From assembly GCA_038874595.1 (NCBI GenBank), contig JAVZCB010000003.1, positions 32,001 through 96,000 on the forward strand: a stretch of 64,000 nt of DNA, given 5' to 3'. Below, one piece after another: positions 10,603 through 20,327 of this stretch. The notes under the pieces were generated by a model. It worked only from the letters and a program-made list of their open reading frames with translations, was not told where the DNA came from and searched no databases. The position numbers and the translations under genes are program-made. This DNA comes from Candidatus Micrarchaeia archaeon (GTDB taxonomy: Archaea > Micrarchaeota > Micrarchaeia > CAILAH01). Positions within the stretch are counted from its first letter, which is position 1. Every line of letters begins with the position of its first letter.

Positions 10603-12053
10603 TGGAGGCAAACATCATAAAGTTCAATGTTAGAAGTGTAAGGGCCGCAAGTGTAATGCTAATTATCCTTTTTGCCTTTTCAGCTGTGCGTGCACAGCAA
10701 TCCAACGTGTGTGCTTCCGTGTTCAGTGGGGATTGGGTTATCTTCTCGTCGGCAGCAATTGCAATAGGTATTATAGTATACGCATTGATGTATATGATAG
10801 GAAGCATACTTAACAGACAGCAGGTAAAGGGACTTGTGCGTACCGGGCTGGCAGACATTGCAGGGCTTCTGATAGTCATAATGATGGTTGTTGCATTTGG
10901 TAATATTATGTGCACTGCAACCTTTAGCACTATAGGAATTGATACAAGAACGTTTGTGAGTTATGATTATCTTGTATCAAGCGGTGTTGACCCCGCCAAC
11001 ACGCCTCTTCTTGATTTGAGTGAGGCATACCTTACCCTTCTCTATTACCTGGGCGAGAAGCTCTATAAGTCACTTATAATACAGCTTGTATATGCCAGTG
11101 CAATCACATCAACAAAAGTTTCTGCAGGTGCAATGATTGGGGAGCTGCAGCCGCTCTCAGGGTTGGAGCCAATACTTAACATGGGAAATATGTTTTTTGC
11201 ATCCCTTGCCCTGGCCTTGATGAGTGTTTCTACACAGATGTACCTGCTAAAATTCTTTGCACTCACAGGCATCCCAACATTTCTCCCACTAGGCGTCCTG
11301 ATGCGTGCCATCCCTGCAACCCGAACCTTTGGTGCTGCATTGATAGGCCTTGCGATATCCATGTCGTTTTTCTACCCGCTTATACTCTCGTATAATTTCA
11401 TAATACTAGTGACTGCGGTAAAGCCGGATGATGCAATGCTAAACTCATTGCTTTACAACTCGCCATTATGTAATGACCCTCAGGATTGTATCAGCTCATG
11501 CAATTCAGAAGCATATGAAATAGATACAAGCGGAGGAAATATGCGCTATTTCTGTGCTCCGTGCATTCTTGTTGGGACACCCCCAAATAATGACGGCTCG
11601 TTGTGCTGCAAAAAGACCTCTATATATAAGGATGGCCAGTGCGAAATGCAGGATATCGAGCCAGAAAAAATGGGGTCTGGAGGTATTATTGCAAAAGGTG
11701 CCAAGCCGGAGGGATACGGCCTGACCTATTTCATAGGCGCATCTCTAATATTCACTATCGGGACGAAGCTGCTAAATAACGTCCCACTGGTTAGCAAATT
11801 GACAAATGCAATTTCAGGAGCTCTGATTGTGTTAATGCAAACAGGTATGGTGGTTGCGTATAAGTTTGGGCTTGGCATTATAATGAACCCGATTGCAATA
11901 ATGGCTATTCTTCTCGCCTTAAACACAAACTTTTTCTTCCTTGGGTTTATACTACCTATGATTGAGTTTGTTATAGTTATAGAATTTGTAAGAACGCTTA
12001 CAGGGTCTCTCGGCGAGCCCATTGATGTAATACAGCTCTTGAAGGTGATATGA
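10599..12053 (+). CDS. CedA/VirB6-like polytopic membrane protein 5, with Cys-rich loop
   Basis: GVLMRAIPATRTFGAALIG motif; 8-Cys loop; C-terminal GEPIDVIQLLKVI. Confidence 0.6.
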   Translation: MMEANIIKFNVRSVRAASVMLIILFAFSAVRAQQSNVCASVFSGDWVIFSSAAIAIGIIVYALMYMIGSILNRQQVKGLVRTGLADIAGLLIVIMMVVAFGNIMCTATFSTIGIDTRTFVSYDYLVSSGVDPANTPLLDLSEAYLTLLYYLGEKLYKSLIIQLVYASAITSTKVSAGAMIGELQPLSGLEPILNMGNMFFASLALALMSVSTQMYLLKFFALTGIPTFLPLGVLMRAIPATRTFGAALIGLAISMSFFYPLILSYNFIILVTAVKPDDAMLNSLLYNSPLCNDPQDCISSCNSEAYEIDTSGGNMRYFCAPCILVGTPPNNDGSLCCKKTSIYKDGQCEMQDIEPEKMGSGGIIAKGAKPEGYGLTYFIGASLIFTIGTKLLNNVPLVSKLTNAISGALIVLMQTGMVVAYKFGLGIIMNPIAIMAILLALNTNFFFLGFILPMIEFVIVIEFVRTLTGSLGEPIDVIQLLKVI

Positions 12054-12087
12054 GTTGTTGGAGCAGTCAACTATGAGGTGATATTGA

Positions 12088-13146
12088 ATGGCTTTCACGT
12101 GCCCGCAGGTTTTAAATCAAACACCAGCCTCTATAAGTGTGCTGCAAGCAGTATTGGCAAATGGTGCATATACAAACGCAGGCATACTGCTGGTTGCTAC
12201 AGCAACACTTTTGGCAATAGTATACATGGCATCAAAATTCATACAATCAAAGAAGGTTGAAAGCTGGGTTTCAAACGAAGCGTTCCAGTGCCTTGCAACC
12301 GCAGGCATATTATATTTTAGTGTGGGGATAATGCTGGCTGCAAGCCAGGTTATTGGTGTATTTCTTGTACAGCTTGCAGATTTAAACAACCTACAAGATG
12401 TTGCAATCATTATGTGCAATGCAAATGAGCCGCATATGTTTGGTGCAAAGGCATATCTTCTTACACGTCTGGACCGATTAAATTCTATATACGATTGGAT
12501 GTTCTACACCTATGCAGGCGCTGGTGCAGTAGGTGGGATAGGCGCATTTTTCCCGCAGCAAGGTACTATAAGTTTCATGCTTGGCCTGCCTATGAGAATA
12601 ATTGAAAATATAGAATCACTAATCCAATATATCTATTATGGATTCCTGTTTGTATATATCCAATTAGGATTGCTTGAATTAATCCAGGTGTATTTCGCGT
12701 ATGCGTTTGCAGCGGGTGTGGCGCTGCGTGCTGTGCCATTTACGCATTCACTGGGCTCATTCCTTATCGCCTCTGCAATCGGTCTCTACTTTGTTTATCC
12801 GGTATTTCTTACTATAATGCTACTTGCAAACCAGGATACTGCACTTAACGTTACGCAAAATGAGTTTGCAGCAATTGCAAAATCAGAATTCCCTGGAGTG
12901 TATCTCTCATATTATATAAGCAAGCAGCTCGCACACCAAGCGTACTTTTCAGGAAACCCAGAGAGCATTACAGGCTTCACAACTGCATATGAAACGCTAA
13001 AATCCCCTGTCCAGTTCCTTCTTCTTTCGATGATACTTTACCCGCTTGTTGCATTTGTGGCTACATATACATTCATCCACCAGTTTGCGGAATTAATGGA
13101 AGCTAACATATCTGATTTGGGAAGAGGGCTCGTCAGGCTTATTTAA
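12088..13146 (+). CDS. CedA/VirB6-like polytopic membrane protein 6
   Basis: GVALRAVPFTHSLGSFLIA motif; C-terminal LGRGLVRLI; GAGGTGA SD upstream. Confidence 0.6.
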   Translation: MAFTCPQVLNQTPASISVLQAVLANGAYTNAGILLVATATLLAIVYMASKFIQSKKVESWVSNEAFQCLATAGILYFSVGIMLAASQVIGVFLVQLADLNNLQDVAIIMCNANEPHMFGAKAYLLTRLDRLNSIYDWMFYTYAGAGAVGGIGAFFPQQGTISFMLGLPMRIIENIESLIQYIYYGFLFVYIQLGLLELIQVYFAYAFAAGVALRAVPFTHSLGSFLIASAIGLYFVYPVFLTIMLLANQDTALNVTQNEFAAIAKSEFPGVYLSYYISKQLAHQAYFSGNPESITGFTTAYETLKSPVQFLLLSMILYPLVAFVATYTFIHQFAELMEANISDLGRGLVRLI

Positions 13147-13589
13147 AGGTTATATCCAATTACTTGTTTTTATATATAAACTCTTCGTTTTGTGCCTTTC
13201 AGCAGAACTTAATTTTTTGTACGCTAATAGCTGATTTTAATCTTTTTTTTCGCTTTTTAATGCTCCTATAATTATTTTTACAGCATTTTTACTTATTTAA
13301 CTTACGATATATCTCATAGCGTTTTTTAAATGCTCATTTTTGCTTATTTCGTTAATTTTAATCAATTTTTATTGAGAATTTTTCCCAAAAAATTGAATTC
13401 ACACCTATTTATTGTTAACCATAATCGCCCGATTAAAACTATCAGTCTTATTTCTTTTCTTTATAAGTTTTTCGTTAATTTAATTTATGATTTTGCATAA
13501 TTAAGCACTTTAATTATTTTTCTCTTGCACGAATTTCATATTTAAGCTTATGCTCCTATAATATGACAAACTATTTTAAGAGGGAGAAA

Positions 13590-14666
13590 ATGGAAAGCAT
13601 AATAAGATCTGCCTTGGGCAACCGCGAAAGCGAGACCGCAGCAACGAGTGCGAGCGATGCAATGGACAATGAGTCCATTAAAATCGCCGTTATCGGTGTG
13701 GGCGGTGGTGGAAACAACACACTTAACAGGCTGCTTGCAGCAGGTGTTAAGGGTGCAGAGCTGATTGCTGTTAACACAGACAAGCAGCACCTGAATGTGA
13801 TAGACCCCCGCGCAAAGAAGATTCTCATCGGGAAGAGCATAACGAGAGGTCTTGGTGCAGGCGGTTATCCAGAGGTTGGTGCAAAGGCCGCAGAGGTTGA
13901 GAGGCCAACCCTTGAGAGGGAGCTTGCTAACACACACCTTGTATTCATTTGTGCAGGTATGGGTGGTGGAACCGGTACTGGCGCAGCACCGGTAATTGCA
14001 GAGATTGCTAAGAACCAGGGTGCAATCACAGTTGCAATGGTCACATACCCATTTGCACTTGAGAGGTCAAGGAGAATGAAAGCTGATGAGGGTATTGCAA
14101 AGCTCAGGAAGGTTACAGATTCAGTGATTATCCTTGACAACAACAGGCTCGTCGAGCTCGTTCCAAACCTCCCAATTAACGATGCGTTCGCAGTTGCAGA
14201 TGAAATCCTTGCAAAGGCAATTAGCGGTCTTGTATGGACAATTACTCAGCCATCCCTGATTAACATCGACTTTGCGGATGTCCGTGCAATTATGGCTGAC
14301 GGTGGCGTTGGCTTCATTGCAGTCGGTGAAGGAAAAGGCCCGGACCGTGTCCGCGGTGCAGCTGAGTCCGTACTTAAGAACAGGCTGCTTGATGTCGACT
14401 TTGCAGGTGCAAAGGGTGCACTCATCCACATTTCAGGTGGGCGTGACCTGACACTTGGTGATGCAATCAAGGCAGGTGAGTTCATCTCTGAGAAGATGGA
14501 TGACGAGGCAAATGTGAAGTGGGGTGCAAGGCTGTTGCCAAATTACGATGGCAAGCTTGAGATAGTTGCAATTGTTACTGGTGTAACTGGTGCAAGCATA
14601 ATGGGCAAGTTTGGCAACTACGAAGAAGAGAAAGGTGCAGTCACTGACATAGAAGTTATCGGCTAA
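13590..14666 (+). CDS. ftsZ: Cell division protein FtsZ (FtsZ2-like)
   Basis: GVGGGGNN, GLGAGG, GGGTGTG signature, NIDFAD T7 loop; GGGAG SD before 13590. Confidence 0.95.
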   Translation: MESIIRSALGNRESETAATSASDAMDNESIKIAVIGVGGGGNNTLNRLLAAGVKGAELIAVNTDKQHLNVIDPRAKKILIGKSITRGLGAGGYPEVGAKAAEVERPTLERELANTHLVFICAGMGGGTGTGAAPVIAEIAKNQGAITVAMVTYPFALERSRRMKADEGIAKLRKVTDSVIILDNNRLVELVPNLPINDAFAVADEILAKAISGLVWTITQPSLINIDFADVRAIMADGGVGFIAVGEGKGPDRVRGAAESVLKNRLLDVDFAGAKGALIHISGGRDLTLGDAIKAGEFISEKMDDEANVKWGARLLPNYDGKLEIVAIVTGVTGASIMGKFGNYEEEKGAVTDIEVIG

Positions 14667-14679
14667 GAGCGGTGGTAGA

Positions 14680-15723
14680 GTGGACGACTCCGAACACGTA
14701 ATAGGGGAAAAGATTACCGTAATTGGGCTCGGTGGTGCAGGATGCAACACCGTGTCCCGCATTACGGACCTTGGAATCAAGAGCGCCGAGACTATCGCGA
14801 TGAATTCTGACAAGCTACACCTGGGCATTACCCGTGCACATAAGAAGCACGTGCTCGGGTATTCGCTCACCCGCGGTCTTGGGTGCGGTGGCTTCCCGGA
14901 GCTTGGGGCGCGCGCAGCTGAGGCAGATAAAGCGATAATCCAGGACATGCTCAAAGATTCAGAATTAGTGTTCGTGTGTGCAGGCATGGGTGGCGGGACA
15001 GGTGGTGGTGCCGCACCCGTTGTCTCGAAAATAGCGAAGGAGCAGGGAGCCACAGTTGTTGCGATGGTAACCTTCCCCTTTGCGCTTGAGCGTGCCCGCT
15101 TGAAGAAAGCCATTGCAGGTATACAGCAACTCAGGCAGAACGCCGACACAGTAGTGCTAATAGACAACAACAAACTTGCATCCTACGTACCCAACCTTCC
15201 TCTTGACAAGGCATTCTCACTTGCTGATGAGATTGTAGCAAACGCTGTGATGGGTATCTCCGACACAATTAAGCTACCAAGCCTTCTCAATGTTGACTTT
15301 GCTGATGTCAAGAACCTTATGACCAATAAGGGCTTGGCAATGATTTCCGTCGGTGAGGGTAAGGGGGCCGACCGTGTGCAGGGTGCAATCGATAGCACTT
15401 TGGCCAACCCGCTGCTAGATGTTGAAGTAGCGGGTGCGAACGGTGCACTCATTCACATAGCGGGCGGTAAGTCCCTTACGCTCGGCGACGCGGTGAAAAT
15501 CGGAGAAGGCATAAGCGCAACGCTTGCTGAGACTGCAGATGTCAAGATGGGTGCGCGCGTGGTTGACAGCCTCGGCGACACATATCTTGTCACATCTATC
15601 GTAACCGGTGTTAAGAGCAGGATCCTTGACTATAATTTCACACCCACAATGCAGTACTCAGACAAGGAGAAGCAGGAGATGGCAGAGCGCGAGGCACAGC
15701 TTATCAGCTTAGAATCGCTCTAA
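14680..15723 (+). CDS. ftsZ: Second FtsZ paralog (FtsZ2-like, GGGTGGG variant)
   Basis: GLGGAGCN, GLGCGG, GGGTGGG, NVDFAD; GTG start. Confidence 0.92.
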   Translation: MDDSEHVIGEKITVIGLGGAGCNTVSRITDLGIKSAETIAMNSDKLHLGITRAHKKHVLGYSLTRGLGCGGFPELGARAAEADKAIIQDMLKDSELVFVCAGMGGGTGGGAAPVVSKIAKEQGATVVAMVTFPFALERARLKKAIAGIQQLRQNADTVVLIDNNKLASYVPNLPLDKAFSLADEIVANAVMGISDTIKLPSLLNVDFADVKNLMTNKGLAMISVGEGKGADRVQGAIDSTLANPLLDVEVAGANGALIHIAGGKSLTLGDAVKIGEGISATLAETADVKMGARVVDSLGDTYLVTSIVTGVKSRILDYNFTPTMQYSDKEKQEMAEREAQLISLESL

Positions 15724-15768
15724 GCAGTTTTTTATTTACTTTTAAGCTTTCTCTCTTTTTATTAACAT

Positions 15769-17556
15769 ATGTCTCTTCAGCACAACAAAGGAGAGGGCCA
15801 ATCAAAAGTTAGTAGTGATATATCCAAAGCTGTTCGCCTTACAAGCCTACTAATAAAGCTGCCCGGCGCCACCTCACAGCTTCTCCTCCTGGTTGCATTC
15901 TCAATTATATTTGCAGCAATCCTCTCGTATATAGAGAGCACAAACGTATTCCAGGCTTTTCTCACATCTTTCTTAATAATTGCAGTGCCTGCAGCATTAT
16001 CCGCACTTATCTTCCGCATACTGCGCGGTGTTCTCCTGAAACGCTCGCTGTTCCTGATGCTTATTGTATCACTACTTTATATGCTCATTTACATCGCGTA
16101 TTTTACAACCTATAACATTAATATTTTAGTGCTTGGATTCTCAGCAATTGCACTAATAATATTCTTATGCTCTTATTACATATTCAGGCTCCGTTATTCC
16201 GCAGTTTTACTCTCCATAACCCAGCTGTTCTTCTTCTCAGTGATGCTTTACTACACAGAATATATTACAACCTCACCTGACAGTTTGCTCCTCAAGCTTG
16301 CAATTACCTCAGCAATCTTTGCAGTGTTCGCCTATATCTTGATTTATTTCATTAATGCACCAATAAAAAAGGCATTCTCAGTCTCAGGCACAAAGGCATT
16401 CTCAATGTTCATGTCACAGTGGCTTTATGAATCCAAAGACCTGGATGCGGAGTTTGACCGGATAGGTGTATATGCTGACACGTATATTGACACCCTTCTC
16501 ATAAAGAATGCTACAGGTACTTGCCTGGTAACCTCACCCCAAGTCCATTTTGGGCCGTTTGGAAATCTTGGCGGAAGTGATTTTCCTGCACTCATCTCCA
16601 GGGAGATGGAAAAAGAAGTAGACTGCTCAATAGTAATGCACGGTGCGTGCACTCACGATTATAATCCAGCAACAACCGAGCAGCTCACAAACATTGTAGG
16701 ACCACTTACATCATTTGTGCACAAGTCAGTGAAACAACTAAAACCAGCAAGATTTTCGTTTCTAAGGACAAAATTTCAGAGCGCTACCGCATCACATCTA
16801 ATTCTTAATGACACGGTGCTCTCATCATTCAGCAGGCACCCTCTCACAACAGAGGATATGGATTACGGCCTGGGCTTGCTCTTGCGCGAGATTGGTGCCA
16901 AGGATTTCAGCACCGTGCTGATCGCAGATGAGCATAACGCTGAGACAGGCGAGATTACACAATTCCTTCTTGGATCCCCTGAAGCTTCCGAATATATAGG
17001 TGCAATGCGTGCTCTGCATAACTCGCTCAAGAATGTAAAAGGCGAGCGTGCAAAGTTTGCGTTTGTGAAGTTCAACAGGCCTGAGTATAAGGAGCATGGC
17101 ATAAGTGGCAACGGCATATCTATGTTTTGTTTTGTCTCAAAGTCTAACTCTGTTGTGTACGTAGTGTTTGACTCTAACGGTGTAACGGTAGATGTAAAAT
17201 CACGGCTTGAGAAAACACTCAAGAGATATTTCAAGAACGCAGTAATAATGAGCACAGATACGCATTTCCTCAATAAAGTTAGTGGTGTTATCAATCCAAT
17301 GGGGGCTTCACCAGGTAATACAATAACCCTCTTGGAACGCGATATTACAGAAAATGCAGAGCGCCTACTTGCAGAAGCGTCGCCTTTTGCTTTTGCATCC
17401 GCTACACTACCAGTACGTATAAAGATATTTGGGCCCCAGCAATCCCTCAAGCTGATTGGAACAGTAAACGCAATCATCTCTGTCACAAAAATAGTATTGC
17501 CACTCATACTTATCTTAGGCACGCTCTTTGCACTGTGGGCACTCTCTCTTATATAA
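15769..17556 (+). CDS. DUF2070-family membrane protein
   Basis: N-terminal TM bundle; VHFGPFG..GGS, HGACTHD, DEHN and TDTH motifs typical of archaeal DUF2070. Confidence 0.8.
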   Translation: MSLQHNKGEGQSKVSSDISKAVRLTSLLIKLPGATSQLLLLVAFSIIFAAILSYIESTNVFQAFLTSFLIIAVPAALSALIFRILRGVLLKRSLFLMLIVSLLYMLIYIAYFTTYNINILVLGFSAIALIIFLCSYYIFRLRYSAVLLSITQLFFFSVMLYYTEYITTSPDSLLLKLAITSAIFAVFAYILIYFINAPIKKAFSVSGTKAFSMFMSQWLYESKDLDAEFDRIGVYADTYIDTLLIKNATGTCLVTSPQVHFGPFGNLGGSDFPALISREMEKEVDCSIVMHGACTHDYNPATTEQLTNIVGPLTSFVHKSVKQLKPARFSFLRTKFQSATASHLILNDTVLSSFSRHPLTTEDMDYGLGLLLREIGAKDFSTVLIADEHNAETGEITQFLLGSPEASEYIGAMRALHNSLKNVKGERAKFAFVKFNRPEYKEHGISGNGISMFCFVSKSNSVVYVVFDSNGVTVDVKSRLEKTLKRYFKNAVIMSTDTHFLNKVSGVINPMGASPGNTITLLERDITENAERLLAEASPFAFASATLPVRIKIFGPQQSLKLIGTVNAIISVTKIVLPLILILGTLFALWALSLI

Positions 17557-17581
17557 GATAAATAAATCAAATAAAATTAGA

Positions 17582-18265
17582 TTATTCCTCTTTCTTTTTC
17601 TTACTTGTTTTTTTCAGTTCTTCTTTCTTTTCAGCAGCAGCCTTACTCTCAATTTTCTCTGCGATCTCTTCACTGCTCTCCTCACTTTCAACCTCTTCTT
17701 CAAACATCTTCTTTGCTTTCGCTGCACCTTCCTTATCACCACGCAATGTTAGTACAGTAACTGCAAGGAGTTTGTAAACAAGGTTGAGTGATTTCTTACC
17801 TTTATTATTGCACGGGATAACCAAATCAATATATCTTGCTGAGTTATCAGTATCAACCAAACCGATTGTGGGGATACCTCTGTATGCAGCCTCCTTAAGC
17901 GCCTGAATCTCAGTTCTTGGGTCAGACACTATAAGCAGGTCCGGCTCAATGAAATGTTTGCTTTTAGGATTGGTAAGTGTTCCAGGCTGGAACCTGCCCT
18001 GGACAAATTTACATCCAACCACATCACAGAATTTCTTTGCCGCATCGATCGCATAAAGCCTGGATGCAACCACGAGCACCTTATCAGGATCATACCTAGC
18101 AATAAGCTCAGCAGCCGCCTGGATTCTCTCATCTATCCCCTCAAGGTTCATAACAAACAGCTTGTCTGGCCTGATTCTGTATATGAACATGCTCATATAC
18201 GGCGTCTTAAGCCGGGTACCGATATGTATACCGGATTCCATATACTCTTCTTGTGTTGTCAGCAT
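17582..18265 (-). CDS. rps2: 30S ribosomal protein uS2
   Basis: GIHIGTR, GRFQPGTLTNP, IPCNNKG. Confidence 0.96.
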   Translation of the reverse strand: MLTTQEEYMESGIHIGTRLKTPYMSMFIYRIRPDKLFVMNLEGIDERIQAAAELIARYDPDKVLVVASRLYAIDAAKKFCDVVGCKFVQGRFQPGTLTNPKSKHFIEPDLLIVSDPRTEIQALKEAAYRGIPTIGLVDTDNSARYIDLVIPCNNKGKKSLNLVYKLLAVTVLTLRGDKEGAAKAKKMFEEEVESEESSEEIAEKIESKAAAEKKEELKKTSKKKKEE

Positions 18266-18299
18266 TTTTACACCTCATTTGAATATCATTTTCTTATGA

Positions 18300-18373
18300 T
18301 GGGGCTGCCCAGATTTGAACTGGGATCACCGCCACCCCAAGGCGATAGCATAGCCAGGTTAGCCCACAGCCCC
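18300..18373 (-). tRNA. tRNA-Pro(GGG), intronless
   Basis: GGGGCTG/CAGCCCC acceptor, TCGCC-TT-GGG-GT-GGCGG arm, TTCAAAT T-loop. Confidence 0.93.
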
Positions 18374-18524
18374 TTACGGGCGTATTCGCCCTCTATCACC
18401 CCAGGTAGTTTTTGAGCAAGCTCAAAAACGTGAGAATGATGGGCGCATCCGCCGCACTTACCCACAGTTTCGCTTGCATCCCTTATATATTACGTTGGCA
18501 GTGCAGATTCGTCCCGAGCTCAGC

Positions 18525-18722
18525 TCAGAACCTTGAGAACCTCACGATGTCCTTCACGTTATCAACGTGGCCAAGGAACATCCTGCGGCAGCAGTACCTG
18601 TCGATACCGAGCGCATCCAGCACTTCTTTTGGGCTCTCACCGTTTGCAGTCCTTTTCTTATACTCCTCATACTTATCTGCAACGACTGCACCACACGTAA
18701 AGCATCTCATCGGGAACATCAT
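18525..18722 (-). CDS. rpoN: RNA polymerase subunit Rpo10 (N)
   Basis: PMRCFTCG and RYCCRRM motifs. Confidence 0.96.
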   Translation of the reverse strand: MMFPMRCFTCGAVVADKYEEYKKRTANGESPKEVLDALGIDRYCCRRMFLGHVDNVKDIVRFSRF

Positions 18723-18808
18723 ATTCGAAAACCTCCTGCGGGTTTTCGACCCTCTCCAGCATTCTCACTGGTTAGGGTCAACCCACCTACATTTTTTCAT
18801 AACCTCCT

Positions 18809-19321
18809 TTACCTATACGATTTCTGGAACCTCGCCCTTGCCTTCGGACCCTTATACTTCTTAGGTTCAACCCTGCGCGAGTCCTCAACAAGGAAGAACT
18901 TATCCCTCTTGTTAAATTCCTCCCGCAAAGATGGGTCTTTTGAATATTCAACAAGCGCCCGCGCAATTGCACACCTGACAGCCTGTGCCTGCCCCATCGG
19001 TCCTCCACCGTATACATTCACATCAATGTCAACGTTCTTAACAATCTTATCATCGGCAATAGTGAGCGGTTGGCTCATAATACTCCTAGCATAAGGATTT
19101 TGCACGGCACTGAGCAGTACTTTGTTCACGCGCACTACACCCCTACCTTTTCGGATGTATGCACGCGCCACTGCTTCTTTTCGTTTACCCCTTACAGTAA
19201 TCGCACTTGATTTTACAGGCATTTTCTTAGCAGGTGCAGCCGCCTTGGCTTTTGTATCTTTCGGCTTTGTGGCTTTCTGCACAGTTGTTTTCTCTTTTGG
19301 TTTTTCAACATTAGCCATCAT
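18809..19321 (-). CDS. rps9: 30S ribosomal protein uS9, with Lys-rich N-terminal extension
   Basis: GKRKEAVARA, GGGPMGQA, EPKKYKGPKARARFQKSYR; start after GGTGA SD. Confidence 0.95.
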   Translation of the reverse strand: MMANVEKPKEKTTVQKATKPKDTKAKAAAPAKKMPVKSSAITVRGKRKEAVARAYIRKGRGVVRVNKVLLSAVQNPYARSIMSQPLTIADDKIVKNVDIDVNVYGGGPMGQAQAVRCAIARALVEYSKDPSLREEFNKRDKFFLVEDSRRVEPKKYKGPKARARFQKSYR

Positions 19322-19323
19322 AA

Positions 19324-19752
19324 TCACCTTGTCTTGTATGCGAGCGCTTCGCACAACTCCATTATTGTAATATACTTGTCCAGCTTATCCTTCCTGAAAG
19401 AATCGTTAAACTTGACTTTCTCACCTTTCAGGTTATCCTCAGAGCCGATATATACCCTTATTTTCTTGTATGCCATCTTCCCTTTTGGTTTATCATATGG
19501 CAACATACCGCGTATGATCCTCTTAACAAGCAGGTCGGGCCTCTTAGGCCATTTTGGTGAGTGCTCAGGATTTGCCCTATCCTTAACGCTTCTTCTATCC
19601 ACATATTTCTGTACAATGTAATTCCTATCCCCGCTCATTACCATCTTTTCAGCATTAAGTATGTGCACTTCCTCACCGCTCAGTGCAGTATGCGCCACGT
19701 ATGTGGCAACCCTTCCAACTATAAGCCCATCACCATCAATAATCTTAACCAT
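19324..19752 (-). CDS. rpl13: 50S ribosomal protein uL13
   Basis: IIDGDGLIVGRVA, KRIIRGMLP. Confidence 0.96.
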   Translation of the reverse strand: MVKIIDGDGLIVGRVATYVAHTALSGEEVHILNAEKMVMSGDRNYIVQKYVDRRSVKDRANPEHSPKWPKRPDLLVKRIIRGMLPYDKPKGKMAYKKIRVYIGSEDNLKGEKVKFNDSFRKDKLDKYITIMELCEALAYKTR

Positions 19753-19756
19753 ACAT

Positions 19757-20116
19757 TCACCTCAGTATCCTCACACCCGTACCTTTGGGATTCTCCTTTA
19801 TGAGCTCTTCAATGGCCATCACCTTACCACCTGCACCCTCAATCCTCTTTTTTGCCGTATCAGTCCACGCATATGCAGCAACAATTATCTTGGTCTCAAT
19901 CAGACCGTCACCGAGCAGTTTCCCAGGTACAAGTGCAACCTCGCCGTCTTTTATGTTTTCTGCAACCTTTGAAATGTTTACAACAACCTGCCTCCTGCGC
20001 GGCAGTTGCAGCATCTCAGCTGTCGTTTTCCATACCGCGTTATTTTTGCCAAGCTTCTTGAGCTTAACTATAAGCTGTTTCAAATCTTCCTTTTCTGTTC
20101 CGCGAATCATACTCAC
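19757..20116 (-). CDS. rpl18e: 50S ribosomal protein eL18
   Basis: VNISK, VPGKLLGDG, NPKG; conserved operon position. Confidence 0.94.
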   Translation of the reverse strand: MSMIRGTEKEDLKQLIVKLKKLGKNNAVWKTTAEMLQLPRRRQVVVNISKVAENIKDGEVALVPGKLLGDGLIETKIIVAAYAWTDTAKKRIEGAGGKVMAIEELIKENPKGTGVRILR

Positions 20117-20165
20117 ACCTTTTTTTTTCGTTCAGGCACGTTATATGTACCTCATACCAATATCA

Positions 20166-20251
20166 TGCAGGGGGAGCGATTTGAACGCTCGCAGGCGCTA
20201 GGCCATACGGCCCTCAACCGTACGCGTTTGACCAGGCTCCGCCACCCCTGC
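20166..20251 (-). tRNA. tRNA-Leu(GAG), intronless
   Basis: GCAGGGG/CCCCTGC acceptor, TACGG-TT-GAG-GG-CCGTA arm, long variable arm. Confidence 0.94.
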
Positions 20252-20327
20252 TGAAAGGACGCATCCGCCCACTTCCACCCCCGGTATTTTCCATTCAGGA
20301 AAACCGAAGGTGTATCTTGCTCCCGTG

